DNA of 57,165 nucleotides from assembly GCA_016180955.1 (NCBI GenBank), contig JACPAD010000005.1:1-57165 (forward strand), given 5' to 3'. This DNA comes from Candidatus Zambryskiibacteriota bacterium (GTDB lineage: Bacteria > Patescibacteriota > Minisyncoccia > Phycocordibacterales > Zambryskibacteraceae). The notes beneath the pieces were generated by a model. The model was given only the letters and a program-made list of their open reading frames with translations, made no database searches and was not told where the DNA came from. Shown here piece after piece: positions 35,559 to 44,807 of the stretch; the first letter of the stretch is position 1, and each line of letters opens with the position of its first letter. The translations under genes and the position numbers were made by a program.

Positions 35559-37715
35559 TTATTTACTTCCTGTACGTGCCTCGATTATGGTTTGTGCCAC
35601 ATTAGTCGGAACGACAGCGTAGTGGTCGAACTCCATAGTTGAGGAGCCGCGGCCTTCGGTCATGGAACGCAGTGAAGTAACATAACCAAACATTTCGGAG
35701 AGAGGCACTTTGGCCCGGACCACTTTGAGCTCGCCTCTGTCTTCCATCGCCTCGATCTGCCCGCGTTTGCCGCTCAAATTCCCGGTAATATCGCCCATAA
35801 ATTTCTCCGGTACAACCACTTCTATCTTCATGATTGGTTCGAGAAGCACCGGCTTGGCGCGTCTGGCCGCTTCTTGGAACGCTTGCGAGGCGGCAATCTT
35901 GTAAGCAATCTCGGAAGAGTCGACATCGTGGTATGAACCGTAATTAAGCTCGCAGGAAATGTCGGTCATTTTATAGCTTGCCAAGATTCCCCTGTCCATC
36001 GCTTCTCTTACACCCTTCTCAACTGCCGGAATAAACTCTTGAGGTATGACACCTCCCTTAATGGCATTAACAAATTCAAATCCCGGCTCTCGATGCGCAT
36101 TCTTCGGTATTTTCTCTTCCGGGTCATAATGAGGCAAGGGCTTAATTTTGATTTTGACGTGACCATACTGGCCCTTGCCTCCGGTCTGCTTGATGTATTT
36201 ATTTTCCACCTCCGCTTCACCTTGAATGGTTTCTTTGTAAGCCACTTGCGGTTTGCCGACATTGGCCCCCACTCCGAACTCGCGCTTCATGCGGTCGACG
36301 ATAATTTCCAAGTGGAGTTCTCCCATGCCCATGATGACCGTCTCGCCGGTCTCTTGGTCTGATTTAATTTTGAAAGTCGGGTCTTCGTCGGAGAGGCGCT
36401 TCAAAGCCATGCCCATTTTTTCCTGATCGGCTTTGGTCTTCGGCTCAATACGGAGCGAGATAACCGGTTCGGGGAAAGTTATCTCTCCGAGAATAATCGG
36501 ATTATCCTCATCGCAAAATGTATGAGAGGTCTTAGCTTCCTTAAGGCCTACTGCCGCGGCAATTTCGCCGGCAAAAACTTTTTTCACTTCTTCACGCTGG
36601 TTGGCCTGCAAGCGTACGATGCGACCCAATCGCTCTTTGGTTTTGGTTGTAGAGTTGTATAAGTAAGTGCCGGACTCAATGGTGCCGGAATAAACGCGGA
36701 AAAATGTCAGTTGGCCGACAAAGGGATCCGCTTGTAGTTTGAAGGCAAGTGCGGAGAATGGTTCATCATCGGAAGCGTGCCTTTCTATCTCTTCGCCTGT
36801 ATTGGGATCTACGCCCTTGACCGGCGGGATATCGAGAGGAGACGGTAGGTAGTCGACAACGGCATCGAGCACAAGCTGGACACCCTTATTCTTCAAAGCC
36901 GAGCCGGTAAAGACTGGGAAAACTTTATTTTCTATCACTGCTTCGCGGAGAACTTTCTTCAGACTTTCGATATCAATCTCCTTGCCTCCCAAGTATTGGT
37001 GCATGAGCGCTTCATCATTCTCTATAATTCTCTCAATAAGTTCAGTGCGATATTTTTCTGCATCCGCTTTGAGATTTTCGGGAATTCCTGCCTGCGCAGA
37101 CAGGTCTTTTTCAACTACTTTATTGCCAGTATCACCCTCGAAGTAGTAAGCCTTCATTTTTAGAAGATCTATGATACCCTCATGCTTTTCTTCTTCGCCG
37201 ATTGGGATTTGCATGCGCACGGCTTTTTTGGAGAGACGATTGAGAATGGATTTGTATGAGCGCTCAAAGGAAGCACCTGTTCGGTCAAGCTTGTTGATGA
37301 AGCAAATGCGCGGCACTTTGGCCTCTTCTGCATAGCGCCAATTAGTCTCAGACTGCGGCTCAACGCCCGCCACGCCGTCGAAAACTACCACTGCTCCGTC
37401 GAGCACACGCAGAGAGCGTTTTACCTCGACGGTAAAGTCAATGTGGCCTGGAGTATCGATGATATTGAAACGATATTTTTGGTCTCCGTCAGTTTTTTGC
37501 CAGAAGCAAGTGATAGCGGCAGCCGTGATAGTAATGCCTCGTTCACGCTCCTGTTCCATCCAGTCGGTAGTAGTATCCCCCTCGTGCACCTCACCGATTT
37601 TGTGCTGAGAACCGGTATAGAAAAGTACGCGTTCGGAAGTAGTGGTCTTCCCCGCGTCGATATGGGCAATGATGCCGAAGTTTCGAACTCGTTCTAATGG
37701 ATAATCCCGTTGCAT
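35559..37715 (-). CDS. fusA: Elongation factor G
   Basis: [31 protein letters not shown]. Confidence 0.99.
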   Translation of the reverse strand: MQRDYPLERVRNFGIIAHIDAGKTTTSERVLFYTGSQHKIGEVHEGDTTTDWMEQERERGITITAAAITCFWQKTDGDQKYRFNIIDTPGHIDFTVEVKRSLRVLDGAVVVFDGVAGVEPQSETNWRYAEEAKVPRICFINKLDRTGASFERSYKSILNRLSKKAVRMQIPIGEEEKHEGIIDLLKMKAYYFEGDTGNKVVEKDLSAQAGIPENLKADAEKYRTELIERIIENDEALMHQYLGGKEIDIESLKKVLREAVIENKVFPVFTGSALKNKGVQLVLDAVVDYLPSPLDIPPVKGVDPNTGEEIERHASDDEPFSALAFKLQADPFVGQLTFFRVYSGTIESGTYLYNSTTKTKERLGRIVRLQANQREEVKKVFAGEIAAAVGLKEAKTSHTFCDEDNPIILGEITFPEPVISLRIEPKTKADQEKMGMALKRLSDEDPTFKIKSDQETGETVIMGMGELHLEIIVDRMKREFGVGANVGKPQVAYKETIQGEAEVENKYIKQTGGKGQYGHVKIKIKPLPHYDPEEKIPKNAHREPGFEFVNAIKGGVIPQEFIPAVEKGVREAMDRGILASYKMTDISCELNYGSYHDVDSSEIAYKIAASQAFQEAARRAKPVLLEPIMKIEVVVPEKFMGDITGNLSGKRGQIEAMEDRGELKVVRAKVPLSEMFGYVTSLRSMTEGRGSSTMEFDHYAVVPTNVAQTIIEARTGSK

Positions 37716-37742
37716 AAATTATTTATAGTGAGCACAGTCGAA

Positions 37743-38213
37743 CTACCAAGCAAAATGCGCAAATGCTTTGTTGGCTTCCGCCATCTTATGAGTATTTTCA
37801 CGCTTTCTAACTGCGTCACCTTCGTTATTGGCAGCTGCGATGATTTCTTCCGCCAGTTTTTCTGCCATCGGCTTGCCCTTTTTGGCGCGGGCGGCGTCGA
37901 TAATCCATTTCATGGAGAGAAACTGGCGTCTCTCCGGTCTTACTTCGCGAGGGATTTGATAGTTAGCACCCCCGACGCGGCGAGAGCGCACTTCCATTGT
38001 AGGACCGGTATTTTTAAGTGCTGTTTCAAATATTTCTAGAGGATTCTGATTTTTGGTTTTCTCCTTGATGACGTCAAAAGAGGTGTAAATAATTTTCCGC
38101 GCAATCGCCTTCTTGCCTTCCTGCATGACATAATTAATAAACTTTGACACCCTTTCAGAGTCATAGGCGTAGTCGGGAGTTAGTTTTGGTTTTGTCTTAA
38201 GTTTTCTTCGCAT
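37743..38213 (-). CDS. rpsG: 30S ribosomal protein S7
   Basis: [24 protein letters not shown]. Confidence 0.98.
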   Translation of the reverse strand: MRRKLKTKPKLTPDYAYDSERVSKFINYVMQEGKKAIARKIIYTSFDVIKEKTKNQNPLEIFETALKNTGPTMEVRSRRVGGANYQIPREVRPERRQFLSMKWIIDAARAKKGKPMAEKLAEEIIAAANNEGDAVRKRENTHKMAEANKAFAHFAW

Positions 38214-38245
38214 TATTCTTAAATCTTAAATCCTGAATCTTAAAT

Positions 38246-38659
38246 CTACTTCCTCTTCGGCTTCTTCGCTCCATACTGGCTCCTCGCCTGCTTTCTATTC
38301 TCGACACCGGTGGCATCAAGCACGCCGCGCACAATAGTATAACGGAGCCCGACGTCCTTCACGCGACCGCCACGCAAGAGTACTACCGAGTGTTCCTGCA
38401 AATTATGGCCAATCCCCGGGATATAAGCCGTTACTTCCATGCCGTTAGTCAAACGCACACGAGCAATCTTTCTAATAGCGGAGTTAGGTTTCTTGGGAGT
38501 CTTGGTAGTCACTTTGGTAGCCACACCTCTTTTGAATGGCGCATTGAAAAAGACGGGGCGGTTTTTGAGAGTGTTGAAGCCACGTGTCAAAGCGACCGCC
38601 TTGGTTTTGCGGGAGAGCTTCTTTCTTTTCCTTTTGACTAGCTGATTAATAGTTGACAT
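38246..38659 (-). CDS. rpsL: 30S ribosomal protein S12
   Basis: [29 protein letters not shown]. Confidence 0.98.
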   Translation of the reverse strand: MSTINQLVKRKRKKLSRKTKAVALTRGFNTLKNRPVFFNAPFKRGVATKVTTKTPKKPNSAIRKIARVRLTNGMEVTAYIPGIGHNLQEHSVVLLRGGRVKDVGLRYTIVRGVLDATGVENRKQARSQYGAKKPKRK

Positions 38660-38689
38660 TTACAAAAATACTCCCAAGGGGAGAGAAAT

Positions 38690-38718
38690 ACTCTACTAAA
38701 ATAAAAGCGTAAATGCAA
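38690..38718 (-). promoter_or_regulatory. Promoter of the str operon
   Basis: TTGCAT-17-TAGAGT. Confidence 0.6.
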
Positions 38719-38719
38719 A

Positions 38720-38746
38720 TGGGCCGCTCGCTACGCGAGCGGCCCA
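38720..38746 (-). terminator. Terminator after the 40-aa peptide gene
   Basis: TGGGCCGCTCGC-N3-GCGAGCGGCCCA, 12-bp stem. Confidence 0.65.
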
Positions 38747-38750
38747 AAAG

Positions 38751-38873
38751 TTATCGATTCCAATGGGGCTGTAGTGGCGCGTAGGCGAGCGCCATTACTG
38801 CAAGACAGAGAAGACCGACAGCAACTGCCACAAGTAGCAGCCAGTCACAGTTCTCGTCAAACCATTTGATCAT
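38751..38873 (-). CDS. 40-aa single-TM peptide (absent from ORF track)
   Basis: MIKWFDENCDWLLLVAVAVGLLCLAVMALAYAPLQPHWNR*; GAGGTA SD; TTGACA-17-TACAGT promoter at 38891-38919. Confidence 0.65.
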   Translation of the reverse strand: MIKWFDENCDWLLLVAVAVGLLCLAVMALAYAPLQPHWNR

Positions 38874-38922
38874 ATTTTACCTCTTTTATTACTGTACATT
38901 TAAACTTAATTTTTGTCAATAA

Positions 38923-39522
38923 CTATAATGAAACCCCCGTAATAAGACGGAAAAATAACACTACTAAAGGAAAGAGGAACTGCCAGAGGAAAAAGATGAA
39001 AAAAAGGAGAAGAATGAGCCCATATCGTTCGAAAAGTCCTCTTAATTCGACAAATCTCTCCGGAAAGAGGGCGAAGAGTATTTTAGAGCCGTCGAGAGGA
39101 GGGACAGGTATAAGGTTAAAGAGAGCAAGGAGGATGTTAATAAAGACTAAAGCACTGGTAACTTCAATGAGCGCAAGATTCGTCGGACCAGTACGTAGAA
39201 AGAGTCCGAAGATGAGCGCCACGACAATGTTTGAAAACGGTCCGGCGCCAGCGACAATCGCTTCCGAGAACCTACCGGGGCGCAGATTGTACGGATTATA
39301 AGGCACAGGTTTAGCCCAACCGATGATAAAGCCACCGAAACTATAAGAAAGGAACGGAATTAGGAAGGAGCCGACAGGATCGAGATGTTTAAGAGGATTA
39401 AGAGTGAGTCTCCCTTGATAGCGCGCCGTCTCATCGCCCAAGTAACTTGCCGCATAGCCGTGCGAGACCTCATGAATGACCACCGACATGATGAGAATGG
39501 CGATTTGAAATAGGAATTCCAC
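38923..39522 (-). CDS. Site-2 protease (M50 family)
   Basis: HEVSH, AGP..N, FNLIPVPPLDG; GTG start 6 nt after TATACT. Confidence 0.93.
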   Translation of the reverse strand: MEFLFQIAILIMSVVIHEVSHGYAASYLGDETARYQGRLTLNPLKHLDPVGSFLIPFLSYSFGGFIIGWAKPVPYNPYNLRPGRFSEAIVAGAGPFSNIVVALIFGLFLRTGPTNLALIEVTSALVFINILLALFNLIPVPPLDGSKILFALFPERFVELRGLFERYGLILLLFFIFFLWQFLFPLVVLFFRLITGVSL

Positions 39523-39542
39523 TCTGATAGTATAACGCAGCA

Positions 39543-39785
39543 ATGGCCAAAGTATGTCCGGTACTAAATAAGGGTTCCAAGATCGGCGGGGGCTACTCCA
39601 ACAGGACTCGCGCTACCCAATTTAACCCCACTGGATTTATCAGGAAGTATCCCAATCTCCAGAAAAAGCGCATTTACGTTCCAGAGCTCAAAAAAACTCT
39701 GACCCTCACCCTTTCTACCCGCGCTTGGAAGACTATCTCCAAACGCGGCGCTCACAGTGTTCTCAAGAAAGCCGGGGTTATTTAA
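39543..39785 (+). CDS. rpmB: 50S ribosomal protein L28
   Basis: MAKVCP..K....G..SN...R...PNLQKKR.....L.LS.R..KT. Confidence 0.88.
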   Translation: MAKVCPVLNKGSKIGGGYSNRTRATQFNPTGFIRKYPNLQKKRIYVPELKKTLTLTLSTRAWKTISKRGAHSVLKKAGVI

Positions 39786-39788
39786 GAC

Positions 39789-40655
39789 TCACTTAAGACG
39801 CAATATTTCTCCATCTGTTTCGAATTTTATGGTGCCAATTTCGGCGGTGCTGAGGATTTTCGCGCTCACTCGTTCTAGGATATTTAAAACTTCCTTGTGT
39901 GGGTGGCCGTAAGTGTTGTCGCGGCCAGCGGAGATGACGGCATACTCCGGAGATACTGCTCCGGCATAAGTAAGCGAAGTAGAAGTGCGCGAGCCGTGGT
40001 GGCCTGTTTTCAAAACATCTGAATCCAGAAGTTCTGAATTTAAATTAAGCAAAATGTTTTCCGCTTTTATGGTCGAGTCGCCGGTCAGAAGAAAAGAACT
40101 GTTGCCATATTCGAGCTTAGCCACTATTGAAGCTTCATTAGTATCCCAGTTTGAAACGTCGCGGTCAGGGAAAAGAACGGTAAGTTTTGCTCCGTCGCCG
40201 AAATTAACTATCATTCCCCTTCTGGCGAGAACCTCCGGAATATTTTTCTCTTTCACCCTCTTTTCCAATTCATTATCCAGAGTATTGTCGGATTCAACGC
40301 CTGATTGGAAGATTAGCCCGACATCATAGCGACTCACCACTTCCGGCAAACCGCCGATATGGTCTGCGTCCGGATGCGTGGCGATGATAACATCGATAGC
40401 TTTATCGCCAAAAGACATTATTTTACCCAGTTCTGAAATTACCTTGCGATTCTTGCCGCCATCTATGAGCATCTGTCGCTTGTTCGGAGTCTCGATAAAG
40501 ATCGCTTCTCCCTGTCCAACATCGAGAAAGTAGACCTTGAGCAAACCCGTCTTATTTTGGTATAAAATGAGCCAGATGAAGATATTGGCGGCAAGAAGGC
40601 CGATTAAAATGTACTCCTGCCAATATCTTAAGGTATAATTTTTATATGAAAACAT
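39789..40655 (-). CDS. ComEC/Rec2-type metallo-beta-lactamase fold protein
   Basis: FLDVGQGEA, THPDADHIGG, LTGD, LKTGHHGS, YGHPH. Confidence 0.92.
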   Translation of the reverse strand: MFSYKNYTLRYWQEYILIGLLAANIFIWLILYQNKTGLLKVYFLDVGQGEAIFIETPNKRQMLIDGGKNRKVISELGKIMSFGDKAIDVIIATHPDADHIGGLPEVVSRYDVGLIFQSGVESDNTLDNELEKRVKEKNIPEVLARRGMIVNFGDGAKLTVLFPDRDVSNWDTNEASIVAKLEYGNSSFLLTGDSTIKAENILLNLNSELLDSDVLKTGHHGSRTSTSLTYAGAVSPEYAVISAGRDNTYGHPHKEVLNILERVSAKILSTAEIGTIKFETDGEILRLK

Positions 40656-41179
40656 TTGAAGAAAAAAAGTTTAATATCCCTAAGCTTAAAGGAATAAGCG
40701 AGAAAAATATAGAAGAGCACTTGAAGCTCTATGCCGGCTATGTCAAAAACGTTAATGAACTATTGAGCGAGAAGGAATATAATCGCCGCTTTCCATTTGA
40801 ATTTAACGGCATGAGAAATCATGAGGTTTACTTCTCGCATTTCGAAGGGGGTTCGACTCCGCTCACTCCAGGCGGTCCTCTCATCCAAGCTGGGTTTGAC
40901 CTAGAGAGGTTTAAGAAGATAGCTCTCACCCGCGGAATAGGTTGGGCCATGCTGTATTACGATAGAGCTTCAAAACAACTCATACACAGTTGGGTAGATG
41001 AGCAACACTTAGGCCAACTCTCCGGCTGTACTCTGATTCTGGCGCTCGATATGTGGGAGCATTCTTATGTCGCTGATTATCAGCCTAGCGGCAAAAAAGA
41101 TTATGTTGAAGATTTCTTTGTGAATTTAAATTGGGGAAATGTAGAAGAGAATTTTATAACTGCCACAAAAATTAAATAG
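40646..41179 (+). CDS. Fe/Mn superoxide dismutase (compact)
   Basis: EEHLKLY, NHEVYF, DMWEHSY metal ligands. Confidence 0.9.
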   Translation: MKTFEEKKFNIPKLKGISEKNIEEHLKLYAGYVKNVNELLSEKEYNRRFPFEFNGMRNHEVYFSHFEGGSTPLTPGGPLIQAGFDLERFKKIALTRGIGWAMLYYDRASKQLIHSWVDEQHLGQLSGCTLILALDMWEHSYVADYQPSGKKDYVEDFFVNLNWGNVEENFITATKIK

Positions 41180-42525
41180 ACCGAAATTACTATCCAGATA
41201 GAAACGAGTGGAGTTTTTATTGTCGCGAAGAAAAGATTACCGAGTGTATGGGAAACAAGCAGAATCCAAGAAAGTAATATGTGCGAGACGTATGCCAGAG
41301 GCCAAGCGATGATGGTGCTGACAAACGCAACAAGCGTAGCAAGAAACCCCACAAGCATTGTGTACGGGACGATGAGGAGGATGAGCATATTGGCGGGAAT
41401 AGAGACCAGGGAGACATCTCCGCTCATATAAATAAGGAGCGGGAGCACCATAAGCTGTGTGGCAAGCGTTTGCGAGAGAATTTCTCTGATCTTGAGGCGT
41501 TGGGTTACCCGAGTTAATCTTTTCTCAATCGGCGGCATGAAGTAGATAAGGCCAAGAGTGGCGAGGAAAGAGAGTTGGAAGGAGGGATCGAAAATAAGGA
41601 TCTTGGGATTGTGGATAATCATGAGGCATGCCGCAAAGATAAGAGCCCGCGGGGCGGAATACTTCCTGCCGAAAAGCTTGGCGCTGGTCGCAACTCCTGC
41701 CATGATGGCCGCCCGCACGATGCTTGCCTCCGCTCCCGTCATAATGACGAAAAGAATTATGCCTATAAGCGGAATTTTGTTGCTTTTGGAAACTCTTCTT
41801 AGAAAATCCGCTATCAAGGTGATGTTAAATCCGGAAAGCACCACGATATGGATCACGCCGGCGCGGCGGAATTCTTCAAGAATATCTTTCGGCAACGCTT
41901 CCCTGCCGGAAACAATCAGCCCCATGAGTAAACTGGCGTATGGTTCGGCCAAAATTTCTTTGGCTTTTGCCACAAAGCTTCTTTTGAGTTTAAAAAGGGC
42001 TGATTTTAGAGAATTGCCGTGCCCGCTTGATAAGATTTCTACTTTCGCGAAACTCAGGGTGTAATAAATGTCGTCTTTAGCCAGATATTTGCTGTAATCA
42101 AACGGCCGAGCGCCATTTTCCTCTTCAATAATTCCCGGCTTTTCCAGTTTGCCATCCACTTCCACTCTATCTCCATACTGTACCGGGCTATAAAGCGGCG
42201 CGGAAACTAAAATCTTTTCATTATTATCGGATAAATACACAAATCTTCTGAAATTATCTTTGTCTTCAGGTTCACTTACTACGATACCCGTAGACGCCGG
42301 CTTGAGTGGCTCGTGGAAATCTTTAATAGAGTAGCGCAGAGCACCTAGGCTGAAAGAAATTAAGATAACGGACAGTAAAATAACTTCTTTATTTCTCTCT
42401 GGTATAAGAATGACGGCCCCGACAATTAAAATCAAAACAGAAATAAGCGGCGGAAGAAAAATAAACGACGAAAGAGCGATACCGGAGGCGAAACTAAAGA
42501 TAGCGATAAGAATTGCGCGGCCCAT
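41101..42525 (-). CDS. comEC: ComEC/Rec2 competence membrane channel
   Basis: HIVVLSGFN, TGAEASIVRAAIM, SFQLSFLAT, PAN. Confidence 0.93.
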   Translation of the reverse strand: MGRAILIAIFSFASGIALSSFIFLPPLISVLILIVGAVILIPERNKEVILLSVILISFSLGALRYSIKDFHEPLKPASTGIVVSEPEDKDNFRRFVYLSDNNEKILVSAPLYSPVQYGDRVEVDGKLEKPGIIEEENGARPFDYSKYLAKDDIYYTLSFAKVEILSSGHGNSLKSALFKLKRSFVAKAKEILAEPYASLLMGLIVSGREALPKDILEEFRRAGVIHIVVLSGFNITLIADFLRRVSKSNKIPLIGIILFVIMTGAEASIVRAAIMAGVATSAKLFGRKYSAPRALIFAACLMIIHNPKILIFDPSFQLSFLATLGLIYFMPPIEKRLTRVTQRLKIREILSQTLATQLMVLPLLIYMSGDVSLVSIPANMLILLIVPYTMLVGFLATLVAFVSTIIAWPLAYVSHILLSWILLVSHTLGNLFFATIKTPLVSIWIVISVYLIFVAVIKFSSTFPQFKFTKKSST

Positions 42526-42973
42526 TATATAAATCGATAGTTAGTCCGTCGGCGAAGCTGGTGGCAATCTCGTCAGAGCGTTCGTTAGCTTTGTCTCCAT
42601 TGTGTCCTGCTACATATTTCCATTCAATCTGCTGACCTTCGGTAACCAGAAGAAGCATTTGCCATAAATCTTTATTTAAAACCTGCTTTTTCCCCGCAGT
42701 TTTCCAGCCTTTTTTCTGCCAATTCTTGACCCAAAGCGTGATACCCTTCATGACATATTCAGAATCTGTATTGACTTGTATTTCTGAAAATTGAAAATTG
42801 TTAATTGCAAATTCAAGCGAGCGTATCACAGCTGTCAATTCCATGCGATTGTTGGTCGTGTGAACTTCATCCCCGCCTATCTCCATCACTCTCTCTTCGC
42901 TCGCGATAATCCCTGCCCATCCTCCCGGTCCGGGATTCCCCCTCGCCGCCCCGTCTGTGTAGATGGTTACCAT
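42494..42973 (-). CDS. rnhA: Ribonuclease HI
   Basis: YTDGAARGNPGPGG, TTNNRMELTA, TDSEY, VAGH....NERSD. Confidence 0.96.
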   Translation of the reverse strand: MVTIYTDGAARGNPGPGGWAGIIASEERVMEIGGDEVHTTNNRMELTAVIRSLEFAINNFQFSEIQVNTDSEYVMKGITLWVKNWQKKGWKTAGKKQVLNKDLWQMLLLVTEGQQIEWKYVAGHNGDKANERSDEIATSFADGLTIDLYNGPRNSYRYL

Positions 42974-43967
42974 TTGTAAATTATATCATCTACAGATTTC
43001 CTTATTTTGTAAGTATTCCCGTGTTTCAACATTCCTAAATACGAAACCAGCGATTCGGAAGAAAATTTTTCACTCAATCTTTTAAACATTCTTCTTTTTG
43101 TCGATGTTCTCAACACTCTATGGCCAGGGAAATACACCCAACCCAGAAAATCCACTCCGGAGGATAAAGTTTTTATAAAGACCTTGTCTGGATGAAAAGA
43201 AAGTTTGAGCTTGTTTGCTAGAAACTTTTCAAGAGCAGTGAGTAAAAGTGTTAAATACTGGCGGTCGCTGGTAAAAAAGACGAAATCATCAGCGTAACGT
43301 ATGTAATACTTTATTTTGAGATTATGTTTCGCGAACTGGTCAAATTCATTCATGTAGATATTGACTAAAAGCTGGGAAGTGAGGTTGCCAAGAGGCAAGC
43401 CTTTGCCAGGCACAGAATGGAAACTTTCTATTATCTGGGTTATAAGCCAATTAACATCTTCATCTGGAATGTATTTTGTAACGATATATCGTAGTGAATT
43501 GTGGTCGATAGTGGCGAAGAATTTCTTGATATCACACTTAAGTATCCAGCATTGCTTGGTGTTGTTCTTGGAGACTTTGCGGGAGAAAGACTTAAATTTC
43601 TCCATGGCTTTATGCGTACCTTTGTTTAGTCGGCAAGAGTAGGAATCGAAAATAAACTTCTTATCGAAGTAGGGATAAAGAATTCTATAGATAGCATGGT
43701 GCAAAAGCCTGTCCCGGACGGAAGCTTTGTGGATATTCCTAGGCTTGGGATCGGAGATGTTGAAAGTGTGGTAAGCGGAGTGCTTATATGTCTTATTTTT
43801 CAAATCTTCGTGTAGAGAAATAATGTTATCCATCAAGTTTCTCTGGAAAAGCTGGACATCTCTTCTCTTTCTCTTGCCATTCAGGAATTCCTGCCAAGCT
43901 TCGAGAAGATTTTCGAGCGAGATGATATCATCGTATGTATGAATACACCTTTTAAAGCCCCCCCCAA
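42967..43967 (-). CDS. DGR reverse transcriptase 2 (true start upstream of the ORF-track start)
   Basis: YIRYADDF intact; the frame is open upstream through HTYDDIISLENLLEAW; TTG 43967 is in frame only with G9 (G8 here), otherwise only CTG 43980 or ATT 43944 are available. Confidence 0.9.
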
Positions 43968-43973
43968 CGGATT

Positions 43974-44321
43974 TTGCCAGTCTTTGTTTATCTCAAGGAG
44001 TTGTATATTATCTGGCATCTCAAGTTTTATAAATTCCCGAAGAATTCGCGATTCTCAATAGGTATAAAGATTGACTCTTTGTTCGTGGAGACAATAGAAG
44101 AGGTAGCTCTGGCCAGTTTTACGCAAGATTCAGAAAAAATGGCGCATATCAAACAAGCTCTAAGTCTAACAGATACCTTGAAGATATTTCTACAAATCGC
44201 ATGGGAATTGAAACTTCTCGAAGTAAAGCATTATGCGGAAATATCAGAGAAAATGGATGCTGTGGGGAAAATGCTGGGTGGATGGTACGGACAAACTTTC
44301 AAACAAAACCACGTGAGATAG
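43974..44321 (+). CDS. avd: DGR Avd-like protein 2, antisense to TR/RT
   Basis: FPKNSRFSIGIKID, LQIAWEL, VGKMLGGW; TTG start as assembled, ATG 43939 in frame with C9. Confidence 0.87.
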   Translation: MPVFVYLKELYIIWHLKFYKFPKNSRFSIGIKIDSLFVETIEEVALASFTQDSEKMAHIKQALSLTDTLKIFLQIAWELKLLEVKHYAEISEKMDAVGKMLGGWYGQTFKQNHVR

Positions 44322-44341
44322 TATTTCTACATCTCACGTGG
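44309..44341 (-). promoter_or_regulatory. Conserved hairpin 3' of TR2
   Basis: CCACGTGAGAT...ATCTCACGTGG, 11-bp stem overlapping the avd stop; 9 nt from the TR end, as in DGR1. Confidence 0.78.
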
Positions 44342-44350
44342 AAATAAACA

Positions 44351-44487
44351 TATTTGCGGAGACGAAACACGACCTCGTTCTCAAGATTCCACTTGTCATC
44401 CGGATTCGTTCAGTTGGTGTTGAGCCACGTCTTGCCGTCATCGTTCCGGTTGAGTTTGAACACGTACGGATTGCCGTCGGAATCGGT
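44351..44487 (-). repeat. DGR2 template repeat (TR2)
   Basis: 15 mismatches versus VR2, 13 at TR adenines; contains an in-frame TGA at 44410-44412. Confidence 0.95.
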
Positions 44488-44615
44488 TGTGTGCATTAAT
44501 CCGCCAAAGCCACTGCCCTTCAAATGTTCGATAGGCTGAATCTTATCCGTGATCGTAATCACTTAGAGAAATGCACCAAGTTTGTTTATTTTTTAGTTAT
44601 TTTATAATCACTCCG

Positions 44616-44649
44616 CTCCAAACCTTGGTCAGAAACGCTCTCGATTATA
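44616..44649 (-). promoter_or_regulatory. TR2 RNA promoter and conserved 5' leader motif
   Basis: Minus-strand TATAAT (44644-44649), then GACCAAGGTTTGGAG (44616-44630). Confidence 0.65.
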
Positions 44650-44720
44650 AAATACTGGATTCGGCAGCAGGAAACCTGAGTCGTCCGCATATTCGCCTAG
44701 TACCGAAATAATTTTCATAC

Positions 44721-44751
44721 AAAAACGGCGTGTGCACAAGTGCACACGCCG
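44721..44751 (-). terminator. Terminator after DGR2 target
   Basis: CGGCGTGTGCA-CTTG-TGCACACGCCG-TTTTT. Confidence 0.8.
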
Positions 44752-44807
44752 GTAATTCAAGTGATTCAAGGGACCGAAGCCTTAACCGAAGTCCGAAGAA
44801 CCAAAAC

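Noticed and set aside
40850-40867. GGTTCGACTCCGCTCAC in SOD as a tRNA fragment or inserted repeat
   Set aside because: No cloverleaf; only a loose match to TTCGACGAGCTCA in repeat A; no indel evidence without an alignment
44765-44805. Three CTTCGG motifs after VR2 as the DGR homing hairpin
   Set aside because: The stems are only 2-4 bp and no equivalent clean hairpin follows VR1; too weak to call
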